From: an uncultured Candidatus Peribacteria bacterium
Lineage (GTDB): Bacteria; Patescibacteriota; Gracilibacteria; UBA4473
Direction of reading: 5' to 3'
Length of the DNA stretch: 47,745 nt
NCBI GenBank assembly: GCA_964468965.1
Contig: CAYXXA010000002.1
Coordinates: forward strand, 1 to 47,745
The notes under the pieces were generated by a model. That model was not told the origin of the DNA. It saw only the letters and a program-made list of their open reading frames with translations, and searched no databases. The position numbers and the translations under genes are program-made. This document shows, piece after piece, positions 8,717 to 18,792 of this stretch (positions are counted from its first letter, which is position 1; the number at the start of each line of letters is the position of its first letter).

Positions 8717-9550
8717 CTACAAAACAATCTTCATTTTACCCAAACTTTCTTGTGGTCGATACTGTTCAAAGAGTTGGTCAAAAACTTCTAGTACTAATGC
8801 TTTGTCACCCTTTTCCGCTCGATCAAAAGCCTTCTTGGGACATTGAAAATTGATAGATTTGTGTGTAGGTTTACGACTGATAATTTCTTGTGCCTGATCA
8901 AAGTGAATATCGTAGATATGGGCATTGGAAATGGAAACCGTCAGAAATCCAACGGGGAGCTTTAATTTTTCAGCGAGGAAATGTGTGAGAAGTGCGAATC
9001 CTCCGACATCGTGAGGATTTCCAAGCATCATATCGTTTGATCGAATGATTAAATGTAGACAAACTCGTCCGCCAATAACTTGTACCGTGAACGTAAAAGG
9101 ACAAGGGACATTCTTCTTCTTTGTTCCGCTTGCAAGCCCGTCATCTGCTGGATCCCACATCAAAATCACCCCGTGTCGTGATGAAGGATCTCTTTGTAGA
9201 AGTTTTATGAGTCCATCTATCTGATCACGTCCGAAGTGCTTTCGCCAGCGGTATCCATAGGCGGCTTCAACACAATTATTTTCTTCGGCAAAGTCATCCC
9301 AGATCTTGGTAAAGTCCTGTAGCCATTCAAGATTTTTTTTCCCCATTAGAAACCAAACCTGTTCGGCAATAAAGACCTTGAGCGGAATTTTTCGGAGGGT
9401 TAGAAGCGGGAATCCCTCAGCTAAATCATACTTCATAGTAACCCCAGGGAGGCTTTTACACACATGCCCCGTTCGCTCGTTGAGCTCTTCAAATCCATTC
9501 TCAAGGATATCTTTGAGAATATTTTGGTACTGGATATCAAATGCATTCAT
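8717..9550 (-). CDS. Thymidylate synthase (ThyA) superfamily enzyme; substrate specificity uncertain
   Basis: Aligned by eye to E. coli ThyA. It shares ERTG (Arg21), AEQVWF (Glu58), IWDDF (Trp80), DPSSRH, the catalytic Cys in VPCPF, IIRSND (Arg166/Ser167/Asp169) and NAHIY (His207/Tyr209). Asp181 occupies the Asn177 position. Confidence 0.85.
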   Translation of the reverse strand: MNAFDIQYQNILKDILENGFEELNERTGHVCKSLPGVTMKYDLAEGFPLLTLRKIPLKVFIAEQVWFLMGKKNLEWLQDFTKIWDDFAEENNCVEAAYGYRWRKHFGRDQIDGLIKLLQRDPSSRHGVILMWDPADDGLASGTKKKNVPCPFTFTVQVIGGRVCLHLIIRSNDMMLGNPHDVGGFALLTHFLAEKLKLPVGFLTVSISNAHIYDIHFDQAQEIISRKPTHKSINFQCPKKAFDRAEKGDKALVLEVFDQLFEQYRPQESLGKMKIVL

Positions 9551-9597
9551 TCAGAATAAAGTTTAGGTAAATAGAGTAGAATTACTACTTTTTTTAC

Positions 9598-9954
9598 TTA
9601 CCCAGTAATACCAGTAATGGTTCCCGATTGAGTTTTGACCATATCCCCAATTGTTTGTGTTGGGTCTGTACTCGTTTGAGAAGATTGAGAAATGTCTAAG
9701 GTCTTGAGTGTATCTTTACTGTCAGGGCTAACAAAAATAGCAATACCTGAAACCTTAACAATAATCTGTCCATCACTTTCAAACCAGTAAGCCTCAGATA
9801 AAGCGTTTTTACCATTAAGCATTTCTAAAAGTTCTAATGATTGATCCCTGTTAAGAGATAAGATTAAATCTTGAAGTTCTTGTACATCAAAGTTTGAACT
9901 GATAAAAAGTTCAACAGCTTCTTGGAGTGATGTATTTTGTTTTTTAATTTCCAT
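9598..9954 (-). CDS. Hypothetical protein (118 aa)
   Basis: ATG-initiated ORF in the same-strand cluster between the TatD and ThyA-family genes. No motif recognised. Confidence 0.4.
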   Translation of the reverse strand: MEIKKQNTSLQEAVELFISSNFDVQELQDLILSLNRDQSLELLEMLNGKNALSEAYWFESDGQIIVKVSGIAIFVSPDSKDTLKTLDISQSSQTSTDPTQTIGDMVKTQSGTITGITG

Positions 9955-9984
9955 AATACCAATTTAATCACTTATCCAATAATG

Positions 9985-10851
9985 TCAAATTCCAAAAAGT
10001 TTTTTCCCATTTTCAAATAGAATATCCCCACATTCTTCAATCACCATGTCTTTGAGCTCCGCGATGAGTTCAACAACTTCTGGGAGGAGGCCTGGATGGT
10101 TGACCTTGTTTTTCTTATTCTTGGCTTTTCGAGGGGTTAGGAAGGGACTATCGGTCTCCGTAACCAAGTACTCAATAGGGGTTTGGATGACGGCTTCACG
10201 AATTTTATCCGTATTATTATAGGTGAGCACACCACCAATACCGAGGGAAAATCCATATTTTTCCGTTACGATTTTGGCAAACTCAGGATCTTCACAAAAA
10301 CAATGGATCACACCCCGAATACCTCGTTCTTTGAGGTTGGATTTACTCAGTTCTTCTAGGGTTACTTTTCGGGCATTTCGAGTATGAATAATAATGGGCT
10401 TTTCGTATTTTTCACAAAGATCTAGATGGCGTTGAAAACTGTCTTTTTGAAGTTCCAAAATCTCAGTAGAATTTTCGTGATAAAGATCAAATCCCGTTTC
10501 CCCAAACCCAACAATATTTTTAGAATTTGATTCAAAAGTGGTTTCGAAAAATCTAAAAAGTTCATCCATATTTTTGGCCTGAATATTATATTTTTCAAAG
10601 CCTGCGTATCGATGGTATTCTTCATTTTTGACACCAATATTTTTGACATCACAGGGATGAAGCCCAATGGTGGCAAAATGGTTATTATATTTTTTGGCTA
10701 ATTCAAGTGCGGCAAGAGATGAGATTTCATCACAGCCGATTTGTACTTGGTATTTTACATTGGCTTCATCACATTTCTTGAATATATTTTCCTGATCTTT
10801 TTCAATACTTGGGAAATAGCAGTGCGTGTGCGTGTCGATTATTGAGTACAT
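9985..10851 (-). CDS. TatD-family metal-dependent hydrolase/DNase
   Basis: N-terminal IDTHTHC motif, later GETGFD and VIHCF/ETDSPF motifs. I chose the ATG at 10851 rather than the track's TTG at 10872. Confidence 0.85.
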   Translation of the reverse strand: MYSIIDTHTHCYFPSIEKDQENIFKKCDEANVKYQVQIGCDEISSLAALELAKKYNNHFATIGLHPCDVKNIGVKNEEYHRYAGFEKYNIQAKNMDELFRFFETTFESNSKNIVGFGETGFDLYHENSTEILELQKDSFQRHLDLCEKYEKPIIIHTRNARKVTLEELSKSNLKERGIRGVIHCFCEDPEFAKIVTEKYGFSLGIGGVLTYNNTDKIREAVIQTPIEYLVTETDSPFLTPRKAKNKKNKVNHPGLLPEVVELIAELKDMVIEECGDILFENGKKLFGI

Positions 10852-11016
10852 AGTTTGATTATCGATAAACAATGCACAATTGGCAATAAAAAAATCATAT
10901 CACTTTGAACGGAGGGAGAAATGTATCTGAAATAGAGACGAAAAGTTTCCCTTCCTGAAAGGTGGAATTGGATCCTAAACTTTCGTACTTTCTCTGGTAT
11001 CGAGATGACAAGTTCC

Positions 11017-11841
11017 TTATCTAACCAGCTCAGTTTTTACCTTTTGAAAGTTTTTAGTCATGGTAATCCAGTCCTCAATTTTTAGCGTTTCGGCACGAGC
11101 ATTTGGATCAATATTCCCCAAAACTTTACTCGCCTCAATGCCAAAAAATTTACCGATATAGTTTCCTATTTTTTTTCGTTTTTGGGAGAATCCAGCGTTA
11201 ACCATGGTAAAAAAGTCCGCTTCATCTTTGGGAGAAATCAATGGGGTTTTCCTCGTATCGAGCCGAATAATAGCCGAATCAACGCGTGGAGCAGGATTGA
11301 AATTTTCACGGGTGACAGTGAAGCAGTATTTAGCTTTCGCAAAAATCTCTACTGAAATCGAAAGAATGGACCGTTTTTTAGTATTACAGATTTTCTGTGC
11401 GACCTCTTTTTGCACCATAAAGATTGAAAAAATTGGTTTATTAGTTGTTTCTGAAAGTACCTTCTTGATAATAGGATTAGTGATATGATAAGGGATGTTG
11501 GCGATAATAGAATAGTTTTTATTCTTAAATAGTTCATCAAGATCAATATCCAAAATACTAATAGGCAGTAGTGTGAAATCTGGATTTTCACCAAACTCAT
11601 TTTCTAAAACACGAATAGCTCGTGGATCAATTTCAAGGGCGGTAAGATTGGCTTTATTCTTAAGAATTTCTGAGGTTAAAAATCCAAGACCTGATCCAAT
11701 TTCTAAGATGTTCATCTGCTTAATACTACCAGCTTCTTCTAGAATATTGGTTCGAATATGAGGGCTGTTCAAAAAATTTTGCCCAAGGGATTTTTTGGCA
11801 AACCGAGATTCCTGTTGATTTTTTGATTTTTTATAAGACAT
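11017..11841 (-). CDS. rsmA: 16S rRNA (adenine1518/1519-N6) dimethyltransferase
   Basis: KKSLGQNFL, SAM-binding ILEIGSGLGFLT, and NIPYHITNPI. I chose the ATG at 11841 rather than the TTG at 11880. Confidence 0.9.
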   Translation of the reverse strand: MSYKKSKNQQESRFAKKSLGQNFLNSPHIRTNILEEAGSIKQMNILEIGSGLGFLTSEILKNKANLTALEIDPRAIRVLENEFGENPDFTLLPISILDIDLDELFKNKNYSIIANIPYHITNPIIKKVLSETTNKPIFSIFMVQKEVAQKICNTKKRSILSISVEIFAKAKYCFTVTRENFNPAPRVDSAIIRLDTRKTPLISPKDEADFFTMVNAGFSQKRKKIGNYIGKFFGIEASKVLGNIDPNARAETLKIEDWITMTKNFQKVKTELVR

Positions 11842-11889
11842 AGTTGCCTTATTTTTACAGGGCAAACGAATTAAAGGCAAATAGTTTAT

Positions 11890-12251
11890 CTAGGGCTTTT
11901 TCTTTAATTTGTTTTCAATGAGTTCAATTTCACGAAGTTCTTTTCCGGTAAAGTAGGTTAAAACGATTCGGATAATGACAACGGAAAAAAGCCCTATAAG
12001 GTTGGCGTAAAATTTTGATTCTTCTTCTACATCAAGAAGAAGTGTATCGATGAGGTCTTTTCCGACTAAAAAATCAAGCCCTAAAATGGTATGAGAACCG
12101 ACCTCTAAACGGATTTCACGAAGACGCGTTTTGCATTTTGGATTTATAAATTCCCAAAATCCTTTTATCGATCCGACGAGAATGATGAAATTCCAACAAG
12201 TCCCACCGTGAGAGAAACTTCACGGATAACTTCTAAAATAATATTTTCCAT
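11890..12251 (-). pseudogene. DUF1622-family small membrane protein interrupted by a frameshift
   Basis: The N-terminal frame MENIILEVIREVSLTVGLVGISS stops after 29 codons. An adjacent frame continues IILVGSIKGFWEF...IRLEVGSHTILGLDFLVGKDLIDT...IRIVLTYFTGKEL, which fits the DUF1622 pattern. The span is 362 nt, not a multiple of 3. Confidence 0.6.
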
Positions 12252-12345
12252 TCCTCTATTATACCATAAAAAGAAAGCTATTTCAATATCTTAATTTGAC
12301 TTCTAACGAGGAATCGACTATGTTTCGTGAAATATCCCATTTTTT

Positions 12346-13812
12346 ATGAAAACAATTCCACTCGGTCTCACCTTTGATGATGTTCTCATGGTACCTCAGT
12401 ACTCTCAAATATTACCGAAAGAGGTAAGCCTAAAAACGCATTTTACTCGAAATATTAAGCTCAATATTCCATTGGTTTCTGCTGCGATGGACACCGTAAC
12501 GGAAGAAAAAATGGCAATTATGATGGCGCTTCATGGGGGAATTGGAGTGATTCATAAAAACTGTGATCCTGATACTCAGGCGGCTATGGTAGCAAAAGTA
12601 AAACGGTTTGAAAATGGATTTATCCGAGAACCTATGGTTCTATCGCCAACAGATAAAATTGCCGATGCGATTGTTATTAAGCAAGAACACGGGTTTAAAG
12701 CTATTCCGGTGACCTCAGATGGAACACTTGAGGGGAAAGTGGTCGGACTGCTTACTCGAAATGATTACCTCAAAAATAAACATGACGATTGTCTTGTTGG
12801 CGATCGAATGACGCCTTTTGAAGAACTATTGATTGCACGAGCCCCTATTGATCTTAGTACGGCTAATGACGTACTAGAAGAGTCTCGACATTCAAAATTA
12901 TTGATTTTAAATAAAGATGATACGCTTCATGCCCTTGTTACTCGTCGAGATATTGAGAAAAATGAAAATTTCCCCAACTCGGTAAAAGATAAAGGAAAAC
13001 GTTTGGTGGTAGCGGCAGCCGTTGGACCAGCACATAATATGGAAGAACGGGTTAAAAAACTGATTGATGCTCGAGTGGATGTTCTTGTCGTTGACACCGC
13101 ACACGGTCACTCAAAGGGTGTAATTAATACCGTGAAGTATATCAAGAAAAATTATCCAAAGACCGATGTACTGGCTGGAAACATTGCTAGTCCTCAGGCG
13201 GCAGAGGCTTTAATTAAAGCTGGCGCCGATGGAATTAAGGTCGGAATTGGACCTGGGTCTATCTGTACAACACGAATTATCGCGGGAGTAGGCGTCCCAC
13301 AATTTACGGCTATTCAGAATGTAGCAGCGGTTGCTAAACGACATAATATTCCAGTGGTGGCAGATGGGGGAATCAAATATTCTGGCGATGTGGCAAAGGC
13401 TTTGGCGATTGGGGCAAGTACGGTAATGATCGGTTCGCTCTTGGCTGGTACAGAAGAATCTCCGGGTGAAATTATCTATTCGGAAGGACAGACTTTCAAA
13501 TATTATCGTGGGATGGGGTCTATTGCCGCAATGACAAAAGGTGGCAAAGAACGATATGCACAGTCAAATGTTGCAGATGATAAGCTTGTTCCAGAAGGCA
13601 TTGAGGGAAAAATTCTACTCAAAGGTCCAGCCACTAATGAAATATTTCAGCTTTGTGGAGGACTAAGAAGCTCAATGGGATACTCTGGAGCGAAAAATTT
13701 AGCAACGTTTCAAGAGGTTGTTGAATTTGTTCAGATTACCTCTGCTGGTTTACGAGAATCGCATCCACATGATGTTGGTATTCTGAAAGATGCTCCAAAT
13801 TACAGAGGATAA
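12346..13812 (+). CDS. guaB: IMP dehydrogenase
   Basis: [14 protein letters not shown], a CBS-domain insert, the catalytic loop [11 protein letters not shown], and GGIKYSGD. Confidence 0.95.
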   Translation: MKTIPLGLTFDDVLMVPQYSQILPKEVSLKTHFTRNIKLNIPLVSAAMDTVTEEKMAIMMALHGGIGVIHKNCDPDTQAAMVAKVKRFENGFIREPMVLSPTDKIADAIVIKQEHGFKAIPVTSDGTLEGKVVGLLTRNDYLKNKHDDCLVGDRMTPFEELLIARAPIDLSTANDVLEESRHSKLLILNKDDTLHALVTRRDIEKNENFPNSVKDKGKRLVVAAAVGPAHNMEERVKKLIDARVDVLVVDTAHGHSKGVINTVKYIKKNYPKTDVLAGNIASPQAAEALIKAGADGIKVGIGPGSICTTRIIAGVGVPQFTAIQNVAAVAKRHNIPVVADGGIKYSGDVAKALAIGASTVMIGSLLAGTEESPGEIIYSEGQTFKYYRGMGSIAAMTKGGKERYAQSNVADDKLVPEGIEGKILLKGPATNEIFQLCGGLRSSMGYSGAKNLATFQEVVEFVQITSAGLRESHPHDVGILKDAPNYRG

Positions 13813-13940
13813 ATCATGAATTACCAGTTCAAAAATACTACAACGAACCTCATTTCTGAACTTACTTCTTTATAAATTACGCTACAATCTGCCAAATACT
13901 CAGTAATAGGGAGATACTCGTTTTTATAATCACAAGACTC

Positions 13941-16493
13941 TTAAGCCTTCATTTTTATCTGATCTTCGTCTTTTTCCTCCGCTGCTTCATAAATCAAAGA
14001 GATGGAAGAAACCAAATCACCTTTTGATTTCATGAGAATCACACCTTGAGTTGCTCGTCCTGCGGTTTTAATTCCATCAATAGGCGTCCGAATTGTCTGC
14101 CCATTTTTAGTAACGATCAAAAGATCGCCTTTGACATCTGGGTTAATCACCCGTGCTCCAGCAACTTTCCCCGTCTTCTTCGTGATATTAGCTACTTTAA
14201 CACCCGTTCCACCTCGTGTTTGTGTCCGGTAAAGTTTTACCTTCGACATTTTTCCAAGTCCATTTTCCATAACCGTCAAAAGTCGAGCATCCTCATCCTT
14301 TAGAATGTCCATTTGTACAACCTGATCATCCCCCTTAAGACGAATTGCTCGAACTCCCGCTGCAGCTCGTCCCATTGGTCGTACATTTTCTTCGTTAAAT
14401 CGAATTGATTTTCCATCATGAGTAACGACAAATATCTCATCTTCTCCTGATGACATTCTCGCCCACTGAAGTTTTTCACCATTTTTAACCCCACAAGCAA
14501 TCAATCCTGACCGCCGTATATTTTTAAACAAATCTAGATGAGATTTTTTGATCGTTCCTCCTGTTGTACACATAACGATATATTTTCCATCAGAACGGCT
14601 AAGATTTAAAATTTCAGTTACTTTTTCATCTTTTTGTAACTGTAGTAGGTTTACGATTGGCGTTCCTTTCGCAATTCGAGATCCTTCTGGAATCTCGTAC
14701 ATCGGAAGAGCGAATACCCGTCCAAAACTCGTAAAGAATAATAAGTCATTATGGTTTGTTCCATAAATAGACTTTGCAATAATATCTTCGTCTTTTGTCT
14801 TAGCACCAACAACACCTTTCCCCCCTCGCTTCTGAGCTCGGAACATGCTTGGCTTCATTCGTTTAATATAGTTTTCCTGTGTCAAAACGGTTAACATCTC
14901 TTCATCGGGAATCGTATCTTTCGCACTAAACTTTCCAAGTCCATGTGGGTGAACTTTTGTCTTTCGTTCGTCTCCAAATTTTTCAACCGCTTCCCTCATC
15001 GTTTCTTCTATAATATCTGACTGTTTATCTCGTGAAGCAATAATTGATTTTAGCTCATCGATTAGTTTTAGTTTTTCAGCCAATTCATCTTCTATTTTTT
15101 GTCGTTCAAGTCCCGCCAGTGTCTGAAGACGCATCTCAAGAATCGCTTTCGTCTGCTTGTCGGAAAGTCCAAATTGTTTAATCAAGGCTTCGGCTGCAAT
15201 TTCTTTGGTCGCTGAGGCTCGAATAACCTCAATAACTTTATCAATATTATCCAGAGCAATTTTCAGTCCTTCTAAAATATGAGCTCTTGCTTCCGCCACT
15301 TTTAATTCAAATTTTGTTTTTCGAACAACTACCTCAAATCGATGTTTTAGAAAGTATTCTAAAACTTCTTTAAGGTTTAGTAACTTCGGATTTATCCCAT
15401 CAACGAGGGCAATCATGTTGAGATTAAAATTCTTCTGTAGTAAGGTCTGTTTAAAGAGCTGATTCAGTATTTTCTTTGGAAAAGCATCTCGTTTCAACTC
15501 AATCACCACTCGCATCCCCTCTCGACTGGACTCATCTCTAAGATCCGTAATCCCAACAATTTTTTTATTTCGAACTAGATCTGCAATTTTGGAAACAAGG
15601 TCTGCTTTGTTTACCTGGTAGGGAATTTCTGTAATAATAATAGCCGTTTTTCCACCTTTCATCTCCTCCATACTCACTTTTGCTCGCATCACAATACCAC
15701 CACGTCCAGTGTGATACATTTCTTTTACCGCTCCTCCATCATAGATTTCTCCAGCGGTTGGGAAATCCGGTCCTTTTATAAAAGTCAATAAATCATCAAT
15801 AGTTGCGTCTGGATTCCGAAGGAGATGAATCGTAGCGTTGATAACCTCTCTTATATTGTGAGGAGGAATATTCGTTGCCATTCCCACCGCAATCCCCATT
15901 GTTCCATTTAAAAGAAGTTGTGGTACAACAGTTGGAAGTACACTTGGCTCTTTAGCTGTTGCATCATAATTATCAACAAAATCAACTGTGTCTTTTTCAA
16001 TGTCCTTCAACATTAAATCTGATATTCGTGTCATTTTCGCTTCGGTATAACGCATGGCAGCTGCGTTATCTCCATCAATAGACCCAAAGTTCCCCTGTCC
16101 CAATACTAGTGGATATCGAAGTGAGAAATCCTGTGCCATTCGCACCATTGAGTCATACACAGCTGTATCCCCATGTGGATGATATTTTCCCAAAACAGCC
16201 CCAACAACGGTGGCTGACTTACGAAATTTAGCACTCGCTCGAAGACCATTTTCATGCATAGCGTATAAAATACGACGATGTACCGGCTTTAGTCCATCCC
16301 TCACGTCAGGCAAAGCCCGTGACACAATAACCGACATCGCATAGCTTAGATATGAGTTTTCAATCTCAGGAACAAGGTCTTGAGAAAAATACCCTTCTCC
16401 TTCGGGATGAAAAAAAGTTGAAGTTCCTCCTTCCTCTGGAAGTTCCTCTTCCTGATTTTTATCGTTATCTGAATGCGATTTGTCGTCCGTCAT
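13941..16493 (-). CDS. gyrA: DNA gyrase subunit A
   Basis: [29 protein letters not shown], the catalytic-Tyr region AAMRYTE, and a C-terminal beta-pinwheel repeat region. I chose the ATG at 16493 rather than the TTG at 16517. Confidence 0.95.
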   Translation of the reverse strand: MTDDKSHSDNDKNQEEELPEEGGTSTFFHPEGEGYFSQDLVPEIENSYLSYAMSVIVSRALPDVRDGLKPVHRRILYAMHENGLRASAKFRKSATVVGAVLGKYHPHGDTAVYDSMVRMAQDFSLRYPLVLGQGNFGSIDGDNAAAMRYTEAKMTRISDLMLKDIEKDTVDFVDNYDATAKEPSVLPTVVPQLLLNGTMGIAVGMATNIPPHNIREVINATIHLLRNPDATIDDLLTFIKGPDFPTAGEIYDGGAVKEMYHTGRGGIVMRAKVSMEEMKGGKTAIIITEIPYQVNKADLVSKIADLVRNKKIVGITDLRDESSREGMRVVIELKRDAFPKKILNQLFKQTLLQKNFNLNMIALVDGINPKLLNLKEVLEYFLKHRFEVVVRKTKFELKVAEARAHILEGLKIALDNIDKVIEVIRASATKEIAAEALIKQFGLSDKQTKAILEMRLQTLAGLERQKIEDELAEKLKLIDELKSIIASRDKQSDIIEETMREAVEKFGDERKTKVHPHGLGKFSAKDTIPDEEMLTVLTQENYIKRMKPSMFRAQKRGGKGVVGAKTKDEDIIAKSIYGTNHNDLLFFTSFGRVFALPMYEIPEGSRIAKGTPIVNLLQLQKDEKVTEILNLSRSDGKYIVMCTTGGTIKKSHLDLFKNIRRSGLIACGVKNGEKLQWARMSSGEDEIFVVTHDGKSIRFNEENVRPMGRAAAGVRAIRLKGDDQVVQMDILKDEDARLLTVMENGLGKMSKVKLYRTQTRGGTGVKVANITKKTGKVAGARVINPDVKGDLLIVTKNGQTIRTPIDGIKTAGRATQGVILMKSKGDLVSSISLIYEAAEEKDEDQIKMKA

Positions 16494-16525
16494 AAGTTTT
16501 ATAAAAAATTCTATCAAATTCTACT

Positions 16526-16566
16526 AAAAGAAAGGGTTAAATCAAATATTTAACCCTTTCTTTTTT
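16526..16566 (-). terminator. Rho-independent terminator of the surface-protein operon
   Basis: Perfect 17-bp inverted repeat AAAAGAAAGGGTTAAAT / ATTTAACCCTTTCTTTT with a 5-nt loop. On the minus strand the stem runs into a T-tract. It lies 16 nt after the stop of the 729-aa gene. Confidence 0.7.
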
Positions 16567-16581
16567 AACGTTTTCTTGCGA

Positions 16582-18771
16582 TTACCGTTTAATCGTTGCC
16601 AGTGTTTCAAACCCTGGTGGAGGAAGACTACTTACCTTCCCATCTACTCTAATAACAAACGCATTAAGGTTCCGATCGCATGGAGTTGAAAAACAATCTG
16701 CCTCATTGGTCATACTCCCTCCACCAGCCGGGTAAAGTGGCTGAAATTGTCGAACAAAATGAAGATCATAAGTCTTTGCATGTGTCTCTGTTGTTGTTCC
16801 ATTCGTCTCTCCTTCCACGCCCCACGGATTACTATAGGTAGAGGGGAATAAGCTACCACCAACTGTGTTATGCGTCATCAACGTTCCTTTAAGAAGAAGC
16901 TGATTGGCGGCCGTCAGTGGCAGTGATCCATTGTTATTCGCCGCAACCGAAATGCTGTTGAAAGAAACTGCATCCGCGATCGACATAAATCCACCTTCCG
17001 CAAAGTAAGTTCCTACGATATTCTTAACCCGATTTCTTACAAAAATGTTTCCCTTTTCTGGATACGGATCAATCGCATCATTTATTAGTATAAATCCAAA
17101 GGAATCACTTTCACTGGCATAAGCCAAGTCCCCACTGATGAGGAGGTTTCCATTCCGGATAACCAGTGTATTCTTCCCTGCAGGCAAATTAAACGTTCCA
17201 CCGTTAAATCCAATTTCAACATCACCATCGACAACAGCTACATGACTGTTATTATACCAGTTTGTATCAAATTGCCCTCCTAATTGGACGGGAATTCCCC
17301 GTGTAATACTCGCCGCATTTTGAGAAAGCACTTCTCTTGCATCTTTGAAGTTTAATCCACCTAAAAGAAGGTGTTCTGTATCTGAAAAAGTTTGCTGAGA
17401 TGTTTTACTTGATAGGACATCCCCCTCGATGGAAACCCCTATCATTCGAGTGCCAATAGAATCGTCATTCAGATCATCTACTTCTCCCGCTGTTACTCCA
17501 AATCCAGACCCCAAAGCTCCACTTGGGTAGCGAATAATACCAATAGGAGTATCATATTCAACCTCTGTTGAAAAAGAGAGATCGTGACTAAACTTTGGAT
17601 CGGGACCCGTTAGCGTTAGTTCAAGATTTCGAATATAGGTTTCACCAGATGGATCCCGTTGTGTATTAGGCGTTGGATTATCTTTGAAAAATGCCTGACT
17701 TGCCGCTGTAAAACTAAGAGCTGTTGGTAAGTTATGATAGTGGAGGTATGTTCTTAAAAAGGTTTTGACTGGTGGGCCCGCTGTCCCTCCAGGATTAGCA
17801 GGTGTCAAAGAACGAAAAAGCTTCATTGGCGTTGGGACATCTACAATAAACTCCGAGTTATTAAGCAATGAAAGCAATGTTTTTGCTGGTGGTCGAAATC
17901 GCACATCTGGAGAATACTGACCATACTGAAAGGTAACCGTATTCCCCATATCAAGATTCCCATTAGCATCAATTGTAAATAATTCAATATTAAGATCTAA
18001 TTGCTTTGCTTCGTTTTTTCCTAGGTGTGCAACAACCTCACTTGTTGAAGGTGCCCAAGCTGAAAGCTGAAACTGTTTTGAAACTGTTGCATCATTGGAT
18101 AGCGTAAAAGTGGTAGGCGTACTACTTGTTCCAATAGCACCTAAACCAGAGAGTCTTAATCCATCACGAAAAGATACCCCTCGATTAGCGTCTAGCGGAT
18201 AATCTGAATCTGAGTAAATTTGAGCATTTTTCCCCGCCAATTGCGTTACAGGATTTCCATACTTATCTTTAACCTTAAAAATAAAGGTACAAATATCTGT
18301 CCCATTAGCAATATTAACCCCTGATTCTCCCGTTGTCTGGCAACCACTTACACTGAATTCAGATTGATCTTGATTTGGCGTACCAGCTTTTACCGTAAAA
18401 TTTGAAACAACTGGATCTGAAGTATTCTCTGCAAAATCTTTTAGGGTAATAGTTACTGTATATTCTCCAGCTTGATGAAAACAGTTATCTATCACTGGAG
18501 CACTATTTTCGTCAGAATATCCCAGTGTATCCAAATCTTCTACCACACAATGATCCTTAGTACCAACGCAATTATCAGGTGAAATTGCGAAACAAGAAAA
18601 GGCTGGAACCTCAGAATTTTCAGCCGTAAATTCTACCTGCATTGTTGACTCTTCCCAATCAACTCCTGTACCTTCTACCTCGACTTGAGCAGCCATGGTT
18701 ATTCCAGAATAAAAACTTAGTACCAAAAACCATACTAGATTTTTCCGAAAGCCACTTAATATTTTTTTCAT
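16582..18771 (-). CDS. Large secreted protein (729 aa), Ig-like N-terminal region and beta-helix-like C-terminal region; function unknown
   Basis: Signal peptide MKKILSGFRKNLVWFLVLSFYSGITMAAQ. A Big_1/invasin-like stretch reads ...FIFKVKDKYGNPVTQLAGKNAQIY.... The C-terminal region is repetitive and Gly/Asn-rich, e.g. NTLVIRNGNLLISGDL.... Confidence 0.6.
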   Translation of the reverse strand: MKKILSGFRKNLVWFLVLSFYSGITMAAQVEVEGTGVDWEESTMQVEFTAENSEVPAFSCFAISPDNCVGTKDHCVVEDLDTLGYSDENSAPVIDNCFHQAGEYTVTITLKDFAENTSDPVVSNFTVKAGTPNQDQSEFSVSGCQTTGESGVNIANGTDICTFIFKVKDKYGNPVTQLAGKNAQIYSDSDYPLDANRGVSFRDGLRLSGLGAIGTSSTPTTFTLSNDATVSKQFQLSAWAPSTSEVVAHLGKNEAKQLDLNIELFTIDANGNLDMGNTVTFQYGQYSPDVRFRPPAKTLLSLLNNSEFIVDVPTPMKLFRSLTPANPGGTAGPPVKTFLRTYLHYHNLPTALSFTAASQAFFKDNPTPNTQRDPSGETYIRNLELTLTGPDPKFSHDLSFSTEVEYDTPIGIIRYPSGALGSGFGVTAGEVDDLNDDSIGTRMIGVSIEGDVLSSKTSQQTFSDTEHLLLGGLNFKDAREVLSQNAASITRGIPVQLGGQFDTNWYNNSHVAVVDGDVEIGFNGGTFNLPAGKNTLVIRNGNLLISGDLAYASESDSFGFILINDAIDPYPEKGNIFVRNRVKNIVGTYFAEGGFMSIADAVSFNSISVAANNNGSLPLTAANQLLLKGTLMTHNTVGGSLFPSTYSNPWGVEGETNGTTTETHAKTYDLHFVRQFQPLYPAGGGSMTNEADCFSTPCDRNLNAFVIRVDGKVSSLPPPGFETLATIKR

Positions 18772-18792
18772 TTTGCTTTCTATGACTTTTAC

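Noticed and set aside
5174-16517. Long N-terminal extensions in the track that start at TTG: 5257 (DUF192), 10872 (TatD), 11880 (RsmA) and 16517 (GyrA). The same applies at 45203.
   Set aside because: In each case an in-frame ATG slightly downstream gives an N-terminus matching the family's usual start and avoids overlap with neighbours. The TTG extensions add non-conserved, often hydrophobic junk.
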